Source: Hydrurus foetidus (Eukaryota). Taken from it: a DNA stretch of 64,000 nucleotides. Below are positions 34,003-48,095 of this stretch, piece by piece (position 1 is the first letter of the stretch; every line of letters starts with the position of its first letter). The DNA is taken from positions 1-64,000 of the forward strand of contig UYFQ01000260.1 in assembly GCA_900617105.1 (NCBI GenBank), written 5' to 3'. The notes beneath the pieces were generated by a model that worked only from the letters and a program-made list of their open reading frames with translations, did no database searches and was not told the DNA's origin. The translations under genes were made by a program, and so were the position numbers.

Positions 34003-34410
34003 ATGCAGGTCACCAATGCCCATGGCCCGACTCCGGCCCAGCAGCTCGCCGCGTTTCAACGGGACGACGGCAAGCCGATCTACATGCTCAACCTGCTGAA
34101 GTTCCGCGACCGCGCCGTCTATCCCGACGGGCGCGAGACCACGCTGAGCGGCGCTGAGGCCTATGCCCTCTATGGCCGGGCCGTCAGCAAGATGATCGCC
34201 GAGGCGGGCGGCAAGCTGGTGTTCAGCGCCCAGGTGCGCGGCCTGCTGATCGGCGAGGTCGAGGGACCGTGGGATTCGGTGGCGGTGATGATGTACCCGT
34301 CCTTCAAGGCCATGGCCGAGATCCTCAGTTCGCCGGGCTATGCCGAGATCCACGTCCATCGTGACGCCGGGCTGGATGGCCAGGTGCTGATCGAAACCGT
34401 GATGGGCTGA
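34003..34410 (+). CDS. DUF1330 domain protein
   Basis: PIYMLNLLKFRD.A.Y..SG.EAY..Y, WDSVAVMMYPS, HRDAGL. Confidence 0.85.
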   Translation: MQVTNAHGPTPAQQLAAFQRDDGKPIYMLNLLKFRDRAVYPDGRETTLSGAEAYALYGRAVSKMIAEAGGKLVFSAQVRGLLIGEVEGPWDSVAVMMYPSFKAMAEILSSPGYAEIHVHRDAGLDGQVLIETVMG

Positions 34411-34441
34411 AGCCTGCGGGGCTTATGGGAGGGTCTGCAAG

Positions 34442-35086
34442 ATGTCGAGTTTCTGGGTCTGGGTTGTCGCCCTTGCTCTCTATTCCCTGTTCCTGGCCTG
34501 GTATGTGAACTGGCGCGGCCCGCTTTCGGCGGCCGAGGTCACCGACCTGATCGGCCGGATGAAGGCCGCCAGCATCGGTCGGGGCGGGGCCGACGAACTG
34601 CCGACCCTGGAGCGTTTCCTGGCCGAGGACGACGGGCGGGAGTTCTTCATGCTCAACGTCATCCGCATGGCCGACGGACCGGTGGCCGATCCGGCGACCG
34701 GCGCACTGAAGCCCGCCCGCGTGGTGATGGAAGGCTATACCCGCATGTTCCTGCCGGCCCTGTTCCGGCGGGGCGGCCATCCGGCCCTGGCCGCGCGGCA
34801 GGTCGGAGGCCTGGTCGATACCTGGGGGATCCAGGACTGCCCCAAATGGTCGATGATGGGCTATGTCCGTTATCGCAGCCGGCGGGACCTGGCCCAGCTG
34901 GTCTGTGATCCGCGCTTTGCCGGGGCCCACGCCTTCAAGCACGCGGCCATGCCCCAGACCTTCAACTTCCCGACCCGGCCGATGATCATGACCCTGGCGG
35001 GGCCTCGGCTGTGGGTCGGGTTGATCCTGGCCCTGCTGGCCGCCCTGGCCCAGGTGGCGCTGCTGTTAGCGGCGTCGGCGGGCTGA
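34442..35086 (+). CDS. Membrane-anchored DUF1330-like protein
   Basis: N- and C-terminal TM; DDGREFFMLNVI, W..GYVRYRSRRD, H.FK.AA. Confidence 0.7.
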   Translation: MSSFWVWVVALALYSLFLAWYVNWRGPLSAAEVTDLIGRMKAASIGRGGADELPTLERFLAEDDGREFFMLNVIRMADGPVADPATGALKPARVVMEGYTRMFLPALFRRGGHPALAARQVGGLVDTWGIQDCPKWSMMGYVRYRSRRDLAQLVCDPRFAGAHAFKHAAMPQTFNFPTRPMIMTLAGPRLWVGLILALLAALAQVALLLAASAG

Positions 35087-35176
35087 GCCATGCCGGCTGA
35101 TGCCGCCACCGTCCTGCGGCGTCCGGCCTGACTCTCCGCTCTACCGAGCCTTTGCCCGGTGGAGCGGAGCCGGGAC

Positions 35177-37919
<2,743 letters not shown>

Positions 37920-37957
37920 GGTTTTGGGCGTGAAATGCGATTGTCCGGCGCCGTCGC

Positions 37958-38707
37958 CTACCGCCAGCCGGCGTCGATCCAGTACTCATGACCCGTGCAC
38001 AGGGCCGCATCATCGGAGGCCAGGAACAGCACCAAGGATGCGATGTGATCCGGGAGCAGGCGCCCCTTCAGGCACTGGGCCTTGACGATCTCGGCCTCGC
38101 CTTCGGGCGTGTACCACTTCTCCTGGCGCTTGGTCTTGACGTTGCCGGGCACCACGCAGGTGACGCGGATGTCGTCGGGACCCAGCTCGCGGGCCAGGGC
38201 GCGGGTCATGCCCTCGATGCCGGCCTTGGCGGTTTCGTAGAGGACCAGGTCCTCCAGACCCAGGTGCCAGCTGATCGAGCCGAAATTGATGATCGCCCCC
38301 CCGCCGCGCCTGGCCATGCCGGGCGCGACCGCCTGGGCCGCGAACAGCATGTGGCGCAGATTGACGCCGATGCGGTTGTCCCAATAGGCGGGCGTGATGT
38401 CGGCTAGCTTGTGGCGGTCGTCATTGCCGGCGTTGTTGACCAGCACGTCGATGTCGCCGATCTCGGCCAGCACGGCCTTCAGGCCGTCGAGGTCCATCAG
38501 GTCGCAGTGCCTGTAGACCGGCGCGATGGCCGCGTTCGGGGTCAGCGCGTCGACCAGGGCCATGGAGTCCGCATCGACGATGTCGAGGAAGATCACCTCG
38601 GCGCCCTGGCGCACGAAGCCGGCGGTCAGGCCGGCCCCGATGCCGCTGCCGCCGCCGGTGACGACGACGCGCTTGCCCTTCAGGCTGGGATAGATGGCTG
38701 AGGACAT
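37958..38707 (-). CDS. xylB: D-xylose 1-dehydrogenase (SDR)
   Basis: MSSAIYPSLKGKRVVVTGGGSGIG, NNAGNDDRH, YETAK, IDAGWR. Confidence 0.96.
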   Translation of the reverse strand: MSSAIYPSLKGKRVVVTGGGSGIGAGLTAGFVRQGAEVIFLDIVDADSMALVDALTPNAAIAPVYRHCDLMDLDGLKAVLAEIGDIDVLVNNAGNDDRHKLADITPAYWDNRIGVNLRHMLFAAQAVAPGMARRGGGAIINFGSISWHLGLEDLVLYETAKAGIEGMTRALARELGPDDIRVTCVVPGNVKTKRQEKWYTPEGEAEIVKAQCLKGRLLPDHIASLVLFLASDDAALCTGHEYWIDAGWR

Positions 38708-38712
38708 GCGGC

Positions 38713-40109
38713 TTACGACCAGGAATACGAGGTTTTGGTCTGGGTGAAGAACTCGACCGCCGCGAAGCCCTGTTCGCGGGCGCCGTAGCTGGAGCTCTTC
38801 GAGCCGCCGAACGGCACGTGATAGTCGACGCCGGCCGTGGCCAGATTGACCATGGTCATGCCGGCCTTGGCGTGGCGCTGGAAGTGGCGAGCATATTTCA
38901 GCGAGGTGGTGGCGATGCCGGCCGACAGGCCAAACTCCACGCCGTTGGCGACCTCCAGAGCTTCCTCATAGTCCTTGACCCGGATGGTCGAGGCGACGGG
39001 GCCGAAGACTTCCTCGTTGTTGATCCGCATGTTGCGGTCGGTGTCGGCGATCAGGGTCGGCTGCACGTACCAACGGGGTTTTCCAGCTGCAGGCGCTGGC
39101 CGCCGGTGACGATGCGGCCGCCTCGCCGGTGGCGATGTCGATATAGCGGTACGACGTCTCCATCTGGTCTTCGGAGACCGCCGGACCGATCTGCGTTGGT
39201 CGAGGGCGTCACCGTCCCGCAGGGCGGCGATCTTCGGGCCAGCAGGGCCACGAACCGGTCGTGGATGTCGGTGACGATCAGGCGCGAGCTGGCGGTGCAG
39301 CGCTGGCCGGTGGCGAAGAACGAGCCGTCCAGGGCGATGGCGACGGCGCGTTCCAGGTCGGCGTCGTCCAGCACGATCAGCGGGTTCTTGCCACCCATCT
39401 CCAGCTGCACGCGGGCCTGACGTACAGCGGCGGCGGCCACCTGGGCGCGCTGGACGCCTGCGAGCTGAACGGACGCCGTCGACGTCCTTGTGCTTGACCA
39501 GGCGTCGCCCATCGAACCGCGACCAAACAGCATAAGGAACGCTTTGCCGGAGCCGCATCTGCAGGATGTCCGCAGCACCGAGGCGTGGCCGGCGTCGGGC
39601 CGGCGGGCTTGATGACCACGGTGTTGCCGAAGGCCGGGCGCGCCGCCTTCCAGGCCGGGATGGCGATCGGAAGTTCCAGGGGGTCACGAGACCGAACACG
39701 CCGACGGCCTGGCGATAGGTCTGGATTACCGGACGGGTGCTCCAGGTTCTGGCCGTGGCGGCGCAGGGCCTCGCCGGCGAAATACTTGAAGATGCGGCCG
39801 GCGCGGACGGTCTCGCCCACGCCTTCCGGAACCGTCTTGCCCTCTTCGCGGGCCAGGAGACGGCCGATGTCGGCGCTGCGGGCGATGATGGTCGAGCCGA
39901 CCTTGTCCAGCAGGTCTGAGCGAACCTCAGGCGAGCTTTCCGACCAAGCCGGGAAGGCCTTCTTGGCCGCCGCGACGGCGGCGTCGACTTCGGCGGAACC
40001 GCCGTTGGGCACGCGCGCCACGACGTCGTTGGTGTTCGACGGGTTCAGGCCTCGGTTGGGCCGAGGCGACGCGTTCGCCGCCGATAAAGTGGCGCAGGGT
40101 GTCGGTCAT
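38713..40109 (-). CDS. xylA: Alpha-ketoglutaric semialdehyde dehydrogenase (many indels)
   Basis: MTDTLRHFIGGE, LEMGGKNP, GQRCTA, EEVFGPV, PFGGSKSSSYGAREQG. Confidence 0.92.
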
Positions 40110-40137
40110 GGGACGAGGTCCTCAAAAAACAAAAAAG

Positions 40138-41290
40138 TTAGAGCAGGCCGCGGCCGGCCAGATTGCGGATCAGGGCAGAGATCCCGAACGTCCAGGGCTT
40201 GGCCTGGTCGCAGGTGGTCACCTCGTTTTCGAGGACGCCCAGTTTCGGGGTCGAGACGCGGACGCGGTCGCCGACCTTGTGGGTGAAGCCCTGGCCGGCC
40301 GTGTCGCGGTCCTGGATCGGGGCGAACATGGTGCCCAGGAACAGGGCGAAGCCGTCGGGATACTGGTGCTGCTTGCCGAACGCCTGACCGGCCAGAACGG
40401 CGGGGTCGCGGCTGATCAGGCTCATGTTGGAGTGACCATCCAGCACGAAATTGTCGCGGCCGGTGGGATTCTGCATCCCGACTCGGCCGAGCGGACGTCG
40501 TCCAGCGAGAAGCCGTCGTCGAACAGCCGCACGAAGGGGCCGATGGCGCACGAGGCGTTATTGTCCTTGGCCTTGGAGAGCAGCAGGGCCGAGCGGCCCT
40601 CGAAGTCGCGCAGATTGACGTCGTTGCCCACAGATGGCTGCGGATTCGCTGGCCGTCGCACAGCAGCACGACTTCCGGCTCGGGATTGTTCCAGTGGCTG
40701 TCGCTGCGGACGCCGACCTGATCGCCCCAGCCCATCGACGACAGGGTGGGACCCTTGGTGAAGATCTCGGCGTCGGGGCCGATGGCCACTTCCAGATACT
40801 GCGACCACAGACCGTCCTGGATCAGGGTCTGCTTCAGGCGCGCGGCGCCCTCCGAGCCCGGATCAACGCTGCGCAGGTCGCCGCCCATGCTGTCGGCCAG
40901 CTGTTCGCGGATTTTCAGGGCCTCGGCGGCGTCGCCCCGGGCCCGTTCCTCGATCACCCGCTCCAGGGTCGAGACGGCGAAGGTGACGCCGGCGGCTTTC
41001 AGGCACTGCAGATCGACGGGAGCCAAGAGCTTGGCGGCCGCTTCGCCCGAGGCGTCGGCCCAGACAGGACGGATATCTAGTTCTTCCAGAGGTCCGCGAT
41101 CCTCGCCGCGCGGGATCGCCGCGCCGGGCGCGTAGGCGTTCATCAGGTCGGCGACCGTGGGGGCGATCTTCGACATGTCTTCGATGCGTCCGCCGCGCAC
41201 CAGCACGGGGGTCGGGCCGTCGCCGAAGTCAATGCGGCCCAGCAGGGTCGCGTCTTGCCAGTCTTCCGGAAGGAATTGCGTCACGCCCAC
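40138..41290 (-). CDS. xylX: 2-keto-3-deoxy-xylonate dehydratase (FAH family), frameshifted
   Basis: MGVTQFLPEDW..LLGRIDFG, KAAGVTFA, WNNPEPE, GNDVNLRDFEGRSALLL, LGTMFAP. Confidence 0.95.
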
Positions 41291-41365
41291 GGCGTCGTCT
41301 CCCCGTCTCGAGCGTCTGGACCTCGCCCCACCTTGGGCGGCCGCGCTCGTTCATGCTCACGCACT

Positions 41366-41379
41366 TGTTAGCGCTAACA
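41366..41379. promoter_or_regulatory. XylR operator TGTTAGCGCTAACA at the xylX promoter
   Basis: Perfect LacI-type palindrome ~75 bp upstream of xylX. Confidence 0.9.
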
Positions 41380-41404
41380 TGTGGGGGCGGCAAGCGGGAT
41401 ATGG

Positions 41405-41554
41405 CCCTCTCCCAGAGGGAGAGGGAGGGGCCCACGCTTGCGTGGGAGGGTGAGGTTGGATCTTTCCGGACAGGGCAAGGAGATCAGCTGGCGGCGTAAC
41501 CCCTCACCCTCCCACCGCTACGCGGCGGGCCCCTCCTCTCCCTCTGGGAGAGGG
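41405..41554. repeat. Palindromic intergenic repeat family B (CCTCTCCCAGAGGGAGAGG..GGGTGAGG..CCTCACCC..)
   Basis: Mirror-arm structure; related copy at 52456-52603. Confidence 0.85.
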
Positions 41555-41556
41555 AT

Positions 41557-42615
41557 TTACCCCTTCGGCGCCGGCCCGGTGGAATCCCGCACGATCAGGG
41601 TGTGCGGATGCATCAACTGCCGGGGCTCGCCCGTCCCGTCGCGCTTGCGGCGGATCTCTTCCAGCACCAGATCCACCGCCGCGCGGGCCATGGCGGCGAT
41701 CGGCTGGTGGACGGTGGTCAGGGGCGGCCAGATATTGGCGGCGATCGAGGTGTCGTCGAAGCCGACGATCGAGACATCGCCCGGCACGTCCAGCCCCAGG
41801 CGATGGGCCAGGCCCGCGGCGGCGGCGGCCATGTCGTCATTGCAGGCGAAGATCGCGGTGGGGCGAATATCGCTGGCCAGCAGCCGCTCGGCGGCCTCCA
41901 GGCCCGAGCGGTAGGTGAAATAGCCCTGCTCGACTCGCACGTTCTCCAGGGGAATCCCGGCGGCCTTGAGGGCGGTCATGAAGCCGTCCAGCCGCTGCTG
42001 GCTGACCGTCTGGTTGGGGTGGCCCTTGATGAAGCCGAAGCGCTTGTGGCCCAGGGCCAGCAGGTGCTGGGTCAGCTCGTAGGCGGCGGCCTCGTTGTCG
42101 ATGCGGATGGTGGCCATGTCGGGGCTGGTCATGCCCGGGGCCACGCCGACGGCGGCGGCGCCGGAGGCTTTCACCTCGGCCAGCACCTGGGGCGACTCGC
42201 ACAGCGGCGGCGGCAGGATCAGGCCGTCGACCCCGGTGCGCAGCAGGCGGGTCAGGGTGGCGCCGGCCAGTTCGGGCTCGGCGCACTTTTCGATCACCAC
42301 CTGGGCGCCGGTGCGGCTGCTCTCGTCCAGCGCCCCGACCAGGAACTCCGACAGATAGCCGGTCGAGGGGTTGTCATACAGCAGGCCGATGCGGAACGGG
42401 GCCGAGCCGGCCAGGCTGCGGGCCGCGGGATTGGGGGCGTAGTTGAGATCGGTGATCGCCTTCTCGACCAGGGCCCGGGTCTCTTCCTTGACGGTGGTCT
42501 CGCGGTTGATCACCCGCGAGACGGTCATGGGCGACACGCCGGCGCGCGCCGCGACATCGCGGATCGTCGCGCTCTGCGTGGTGCGACGCCTCTGGCGTTC
42601 CGGCGGTAAGCTCAT
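41557..42615 (-). CDS. xylR: LacI-family xylose repressor
   Basis: ERQRRRTTQSATIRDVAARAGVSPMTVSRVIN; FACNDDMA; PPLTTVHQP. Confidence 0.93.
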   Translation of the reverse strand: MSLPPERQRRRTTQSATIRDVAARAGVSPMTVSRVINRETTVKEETRALVEKAITDLNYAPNPAARSLAGSAPFRIGLLYDNPSTGYLSEFLVGALDESSRTGAQVVIEKCAEPELAGATLTRLLRTGVDGLILPPPLCESPQVLAEVKASGAAAVGVAPGMTSPDMATIRIDNEAAAYELTQHLLALGHKRFGFIKGHPNQTVSQQRLDGFMTALKAAGIPLENVRVEQGYFTYRSGLEAAERLLASDIRPTAIFACNDDMAAAAAGLAHRLGLDVPGDVSIVGFDDTSIAANIWPPLTTVHQPIAAMARAAVDLVLEEIRRKRDGTGEPRQLMHPHTLIVRDSTGPAPKG

Positions 42616-42725
42616 GGTTGTCCCGTCCCTTTGGGCGCGGAGACTAGACCGGTTCGGAGCATCAGTGGAAGCCGGGGGTTGGAGGGGCCTTCTCACCCTG
42701 TGCGAGACGGATGTAGGAAACGGGG

Positions 42726-43300
42726 ATGACACCCTTCGGCGCTCTCATCCTCACTGGCGGCGGCTCGCGCCGCATGGGTCGCGACAAGGCCGCGCTGGAC
42801 TGGGACGGCGCGCGGGCGGTGGATCGGGTGGCCGAGTTGGCGCACGGCCGGGGCCCGGCGGTGCTGACGGTCGGAGCCGATCTGGGTCTGCCGTTCGTAC
42901 CGGATCCCGAGCGGGCGCGGGGCCGGTGGGCGGTGTGATGGCCGGGGTGGCGGCGCTAAGGGCGCTGGGTCTGGAGCGGGCGCTGATCCTGGCGGTGGAC
43001 GCGCCGACGCTCACCGTTGAGGATTTGACGCCGCTGCTGGCGGCCGACGCGCCCGGCGCGGCGTTCGAGGGGTTGCCGCTGCCGATGGTCCTGACCTTCT
43101 CCGCCCTGCCCGAAGGCGCCGAGGCCGGCTGGCCGCTGCGGCGACTGGTCGAGCGCGCGGGCTTGCGTGGCCATGCCGGTTGGGTCGGAGGCAAGGCTTC
43201 GGGAGCGAATACGCCGGAGGAGCGGGCGGCGTTGTTGAGCCGTAGCGCTTGCCTCCGCCGTCGCGTCTCCGCGGCGCCACCTCGCGGGGCAGGAGGGTGA
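42726..43300 (+). CDS. mobA: Molybdenum cofactor guanylyltransferase-like protein (frameshifted; end uncertain)
   Basis: [30 protein letters not shown]. Confidence 0.8.
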
Positions 43301-43368
43301 AGCTGCTCTTCTCCTGCCCCGCTTGCGGGGGAGGTGGCGCGCTGCGAATACGCAGCGTGACGGAGGCG
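43251..43368. repeat. Degenerate palindromic intergenic repeat (family B-related)
   Basis: CTCCTGCCCCGCTTGCGGGGGAGGTGGCGCG arm with mirrored CGCCACCTC..GCGGGGCAGGAG. Confidence 0.6.
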
Positions 43369-43374
43369 TTGCAG

Positions 43375-44885
43375 GTAAACATCCCGCCGATACCGACCGG
43401 CGTCCGTCAGCCGCTCCAGCCCCTCGGCTTCAGTATTTCGACCAGCGCCGCGTGGACCTCGCGCGACATCCCTTCCAGCGATCCGCAGACCATGATCGTC
43501 GCGCCGTCCGCCACCCATGCCCGCACGGCGTCGGCGGCCTCGCGCAGGCGGTGCTGCACATAGACCCGCTGGGCCTGGTCGCGGGAGAAGGCCAGGTCGA
43601 GGCGCTCCAGCGCGCCGGTCAGCACCCAGCCGGCCAGCTCGTCCTGGTGGAAGGCGTCGTGCGCGGCGGTGCGCTCGCCAAACAGCAGCCAGTTACGGCC
43701 ACGACCCGCAGCGGCGCGGGCCTTGAGGTGGGCGCGCAGTCCGGCAAGGCCCGTGCCAGCGCCGATCAGGATCATCGGCGCGTCGGTGTCCGGCGCATGG
43801 AAGCTGCGATTGACCCTGACGCGCGCATCGATCGCCGCGCCCTCTTCGGCGAAGCGGCACAGCCAGCCCGAGCCCAGGCCCGGCTGACCATCGGCGCGGG
43901 GCATCAGGCGGACGATCAGCTCGATCCCGCCGTCGGCCGGCAGGGAGGCGATGGAATATTCGCGGTGCGGCAGGGCGGTCAGGCGCTCCAGCACCGCCTC
44001 GCCGGTCAGGCCGATCAGGGGCTCGATGTCGTGCGGCAGGCGACGGGCGGCCAGAGCCTGGGTCATCGAAACCGGCAGCCCCAGGCGAGCGATCAGGGCG
44101 GCGACCTCGGCCGGATCATTGCGCGGACCGATCTCGACGATGTCGCCGGCCGACCAGTCCAGAACGCCGTCCTGCGGCTCCAGCCGGATGTGCCAGGCCT
44201 CGCCGCCAGGACTGCCGGGATTGAGCAGGCGGCGCTGGGTCAGCGTCCAAGGGCCATAGGCCGGACGGCTCCAGTCGGGCGCGTCGGTGTGGCCGGTCAG
44301 GACGCCCAGATGGGTTTGCCAGTGACGCAGGGCCGCCTCGTCGCCGTTGTCGACCTCGACCCGGTCCAACAGCGGCGCGGCGCCGCTACGGGCCAGCCAG
44401 GCGTCCAGCGCCCGGCCAAAGGCGCAGAATTGGCTGTATTCGCTGTCGCCCAGGGCCAGCACGCCATAGCGCAGGGCCGAGAGGTCGGGCTCGGCCGCCA
44501 TCACGTCGCGGATAAAGGCCCGGGCCGGGTCGGGGGCGTCGCCCTCGCCGGTGGTGCTGACCACGAACAGGGCGCGACCGGCGCCGGCCAGGTCGGCGGC
44601 GGTGACGGTCGAGAGGTCGCGCAGGACCACCGGCGCGCCGCCGGCGGTCAGGGCCGTGGCGGTGGCGCGGGCCAGTTCCTCGGCGAAGCCGGTCTGGCTG
44701 GCATAGGCGACCAGCACCGGCTCGCCGGCGCCTTGCGCCAGGGCGTCGGCCTCGCGGCGCTCGGCGCGGCGGCGCAGGGCGTGGCGGGCCGCGATCAGGG
44801 CGGAGAAGGCGACCCAGGCCAGGGCGACACCGCCGGCGGCGAGGTGGCGCCGGGTCTCGGGATCCAGGGCGGCGAAATCGATCAT
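43375..44885 (-). CDS. Membrane-anchored flavodoxin/FAD/NAD(P)H oxidoreductase (CysJ flavoprotein-like)
   Basis: YASQTGFAE, STTGEGDAPD, LGDSEYSQFC, REYSIAS, IGAGTGLA, RYRRDVY in shifted frame. Confidence 0.9.
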
Positions 44886-45867
44886 GCGTCGAGCATGGCC
44901 AGCAGGGAGGGGGACAGACGCTCTTCCAGACCTTTTGCCGCGCGGCTGACGATCAGGACGGGCAGATCGTGCGCGGTGGCGAAGGCCAGAGCCGCCTCCG
45001 GTCCCATGACGGTGAGCGCCGTGGCCCAGGCGTCGGCGTCCATGCAGGTGCTGGCCAGCACGGTGACGCTGACTACGCCGTGGTCGCCGGGTGCGCCGGA
45101 GGCCGGGTCCAGAGTGTGGGCGTAGCGGCGGCCGTCGTGGTCAAAGAAGCGGCGATAGTCGCCCGAGGTCGCCACCGATAGATCGTGTAGCGCCACGAGT
45201 GTGCGCAGGGAGTCGTTGGCGGTCGGTGGCCGTTCAAGCTCGACCCACCAGGGCTGGCCATCGGGTTTTGCGCCGGTTCCGCGCAGCTCGCCGCCGACCT
45301 CGACGAGGTACGACTTCACGCCGGCCCGCTCCAGGGCCTGCGCGGCCTGGTCGACGCCAAAGCCCTTGGCGATGCCGTTGAGGTCCAGGCGTAGGGACCC
45401 CGGCTGGAACAGGGCGTCGCCGTCCAGCACCAGACGCTTCCAGCCGCTGGCTTCGAGCGCGGCCAGGGTCGCCTCGCGCGTCGGCGGCTTTCCCGGGAAG
45501 GGGTGTGGCCAAAGCCCCAGAGGTCGGTCAGGGCCCAGGGTCGGGTCAAAGCGCCGTGGGTGGCCTCGGCGACGGCGATGGCGCGGCGCACACGGTGGCC
45601 ATGTCGGCGGGCAGGGGCGTCCAGCTTCCGGCGGCGCTGCGGTTGTAGCGCGACAGGTCCGACAGTGGCTCCCACGGGCTCATCTGCGCCACCACGGCGT
45701 CCAGGGCGTGCTGGACCATTGCGGTCAGGCCAGCGACGTCGGCGGCCGGCTGGGCGACCAGCTTCACCGACCAGCTCGTGCCCATGGTTTGGCCCGCGAG
45801 CGCATGCACCACGCCGCCGAGGGGCGGGCGGGAGGCTCGGTGAGGAGGGGACGAGGACGCGGGTCAT
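44882..45867 (-). CDS. apbE: FAD:protein FMN transferase (frameshifted)
   Basis: TMGTSWSV, DLNGIAKGFGVD, VEVGGELR, ATSGDYRR, ADAWATAL. Confidence 0.93.
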
Positions 45868-45885
45868 TCGATTGCTGTCAAAATC

Positions 45886-45992
45886 CTTGTCATCCCGGAA
45901 GCCTCGCAGAGGCTGTCCGGGACCCAGGGGCCGGCGCATTGCGGTTGCCCCTGGGTCCCGGCTCTCCGCTGCGCTACGGCCGGGATGACAAG
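45886..45992. repeat. Palindromic intergenic repeat family A
   Basis: CTTGTCATCCCGG...CCGGGATGACAAG inside the iron-regulated operon. Confidence 0.9.
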
Positions 45993-46006
45993 CAATTTTA
46001 CTTGTC

Positions 46007-46885
46007 TCAGGGCCGTTGCGCTTCGAGCACGGCGGTGTAGCTGGCCGAGAAGCCGTCGCCGGCCAGGGCCGTCACGGGAGTCGGAGCGGCGGGGGCCGCA
46101 CCAGGGCTTCATGCCGCCGCCGGGACCGCGACCGGCGCCGCCGCCGCGCGCCGTGGCGTTGACCCAGTACATGCCGGCGTCCGGCAGGGTGAAGGTCACC
46201 GCGCCATCGGCTCGCCTTGACCTTGATCTCACCGGGCGTGGCCCGCCAGCGCGCGCCGCCGGGCACGAAGGTCACCTCAAGACCCGCGGCGGGCTTGCCG
46301 TCGAGCAGGAACCGGAAGGTCGCAGCCCTCGCTGGCCACAATGTCGGTCGGATGGGTCACGGGCGTCAGTTCCAGGCCCTTGCCGGTGGGCTTGAAGACC
46401 TCGGTTGTCGGCTTGTCGCGCGTGACATAGGTCTCGTTGCGATTGCTGCCCTTGATGATCTTCAGGTCGGCGGCATTGGCCGGAACGGCCTTGGCGAACT
46501 CGTCGGCCGTGCCCCGGAAGCGCTTGATCTCGCCGTTCTCGGTCCAGCTGGCGGTGACGGTGTTGGCGGCCGAGCCGATCTTCCAGGTGCCCGCCTGGTT
46601 CAGCTGCACGTCGAAGGTCGAGCGGTACTGGCCGGTCGAGGCGTTCTGCAGCTTCGAGATCGAGCCGTCCGGGGCGGTGACGACCACGCCGTCCACGCGC
46701 ATCGGGCGGTGATCAGGATAGAACAGTTCATTGGAGATGGCGGCGTCGACCGTCACCCACGAGCCGTCGCCCGACAGCACGGTGAACGAGGGCAGCAGCC
46801 AGCCACGATGGGCGCTGGCCGACATCGGCAGGGTCAGGGCGAGGCCGGCTGCGGCGACGGCGAAAAGGCGGGTCTTCAGGGACAT
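46007..46885 (-). CDS. DUF4198 periplasmic protein (frameshifted)
   Basis: Signal peptide then ASA-HRGWLLPS..WVTVDAA.SN.LF..DH; GLEL.PVTHP.D. Confidence 0.85.
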
Positions 46886-46897
46886 CGGTTTTCTCGC

Positions 46898-47410
46898 TTA
46901 CTTGACGAAGACGGTGACGGCGCCGAGCTCGGCCGAGCCCTTGACGGTGGCGGGCTTGCCGGGCTTGCCCCAGACGAAGGGCACGCGGACGGCTTCATGG
47001 CCGCCGACTTCGCGGGCGGCCTCGACCACCAGATTGTACTGGCCGGGCTTTAGGTTTTTCAGCGCGCCCTTGGCGCCGCTGAACACCACCTTCTGCGGGC
47101 CGGGGGCGCGGGTCGCGCCGCTGACGCCGTCGGCGGGGAACTTCATCTCGCGGCCGGCCTTGCGCCACCACTGGCGCATGTCCTTGAGCCACTTGGTGCC
47201 GTGGTCTTCCTTGGAGTCGGGATCGTACCAGACGGCCAGGGTGCCGGCGGCGGTGGCGTCTGTGTTCTCCAGCCAGATGGCCACATAGGGCTTGTGATAC
47301 TCGGCCACCGACAGGCGGGGGATCTCGACGGTGACGTTGAGATCGGCGGCCATGGCCGGGGCGGCCACGGCGGCGCCGGCGAAGGTCAGGAGAGAGACGG
47401 AACGCTTCAC
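46898..47410 (-). CDS. DUF2271 exported protein with flavinylation motif
   Basis: YHKPYVAIWLE, WLKDMRQWWR, DGVSGATR (47111-47131), VEAAREVGG. Confidence 0.88.
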   Translation of the reverse strand: MKRSVSLLTFAGAAVAAPAMAADLNVTVEIPRLSVAEYHKPYVAIWLENTDATAAGTLAVWYDPDSKEDHGTKWLKDMRQWWRKAGREMKFPADGVSGATRAPGPQKVVFSGAKGALKNLKPGQYNLVVEAAREVGGHEAVRVPFVWGKPGKPATVKGSAELGAVTVFVK

Positions 47411-47420
47411 GGATTTCACC

Positions 47421-48053
47421 TCAGAGGTGGACAAAGAGAATGACGAGGATGACGGGGGCGGCCAGGCCGGCGGCGACCAGAGGCCAGGTCAGGGGCCGGG
47501 CCCTGGCGTGGAACTGCAGCAGGATCAGGCCGGTGACCGTGAACACGATCGTGGCGGCGGCGAAGATGTCGATGAACCAGGCCCAGGCCTTGCCGGTGTT
47601 GCGGCCCTTGTGCAGGTCGTTGAGCAGGCTGACCGCGCCGCGCGTGGTCTTTTCATGCTCGACGGCGCCGGTCTCGCGGTCGATCGACAGCCAGGCGTCG
47701 CCGCCGGGGCGGGCCAGGGCGACATAGACTTCCGCGTCGGACCACTCGGCCTCGCGCCCGGCGATGTCGGTCCCGACGGCCTTGTCCAGCCAGTGCTGCA
47801 GCTTCAGGGGTAGGGGGCGCTTGCCCTCGACCGGGCCCTTGGCCAGGTCAGCGATCAGGTCGGCCGGCAGGGTCGCCTTGCGACTGATCACGACGGGCTC
47901 AGCCTCGATCTGGCCGGCGTGGTTCAGCGTGATGCCGGTGATCGAGAACAGCAGCATGCCGATCAGGCTCAGGGCCGCGCTGATCCAGTGCCACTGGTGC
48001 AGCTGCTTGAGCCAGAACGAGCGGCGATGCTGGGCGGTGGCGGCGGACGACAC
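47421..48053 (-). CDS. PepSY-associated TM helix protein
   Basis: LHQWHWISAA..FSITGITLNH; LNDLHKGR..W; TGL. Confidence 0.9.
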   Translation of the reverse strand: MSSAATAQHRRSFWLKQLHQWHWISAALSLIGMLLFSITGITLNHAGQIEAEPVVISRKATLPADLIADLAKGPVEGKRPLPLKLQHWLDKAVGTDIAGREAEWSDAEVYVALARPGGDAWLSIDRETGAVEHEKTTRGAVSLLNDLHKGRNTGKAWAWFIDIFAAATIVFTVTGLILLQFHARARPLTWPLVAAGLAAPVILVILFVHL

Positions 48054-48095
48054 GAGGAGGCGGAGACCTTGAGCGGGAACAGGCCTCGTCCATAC

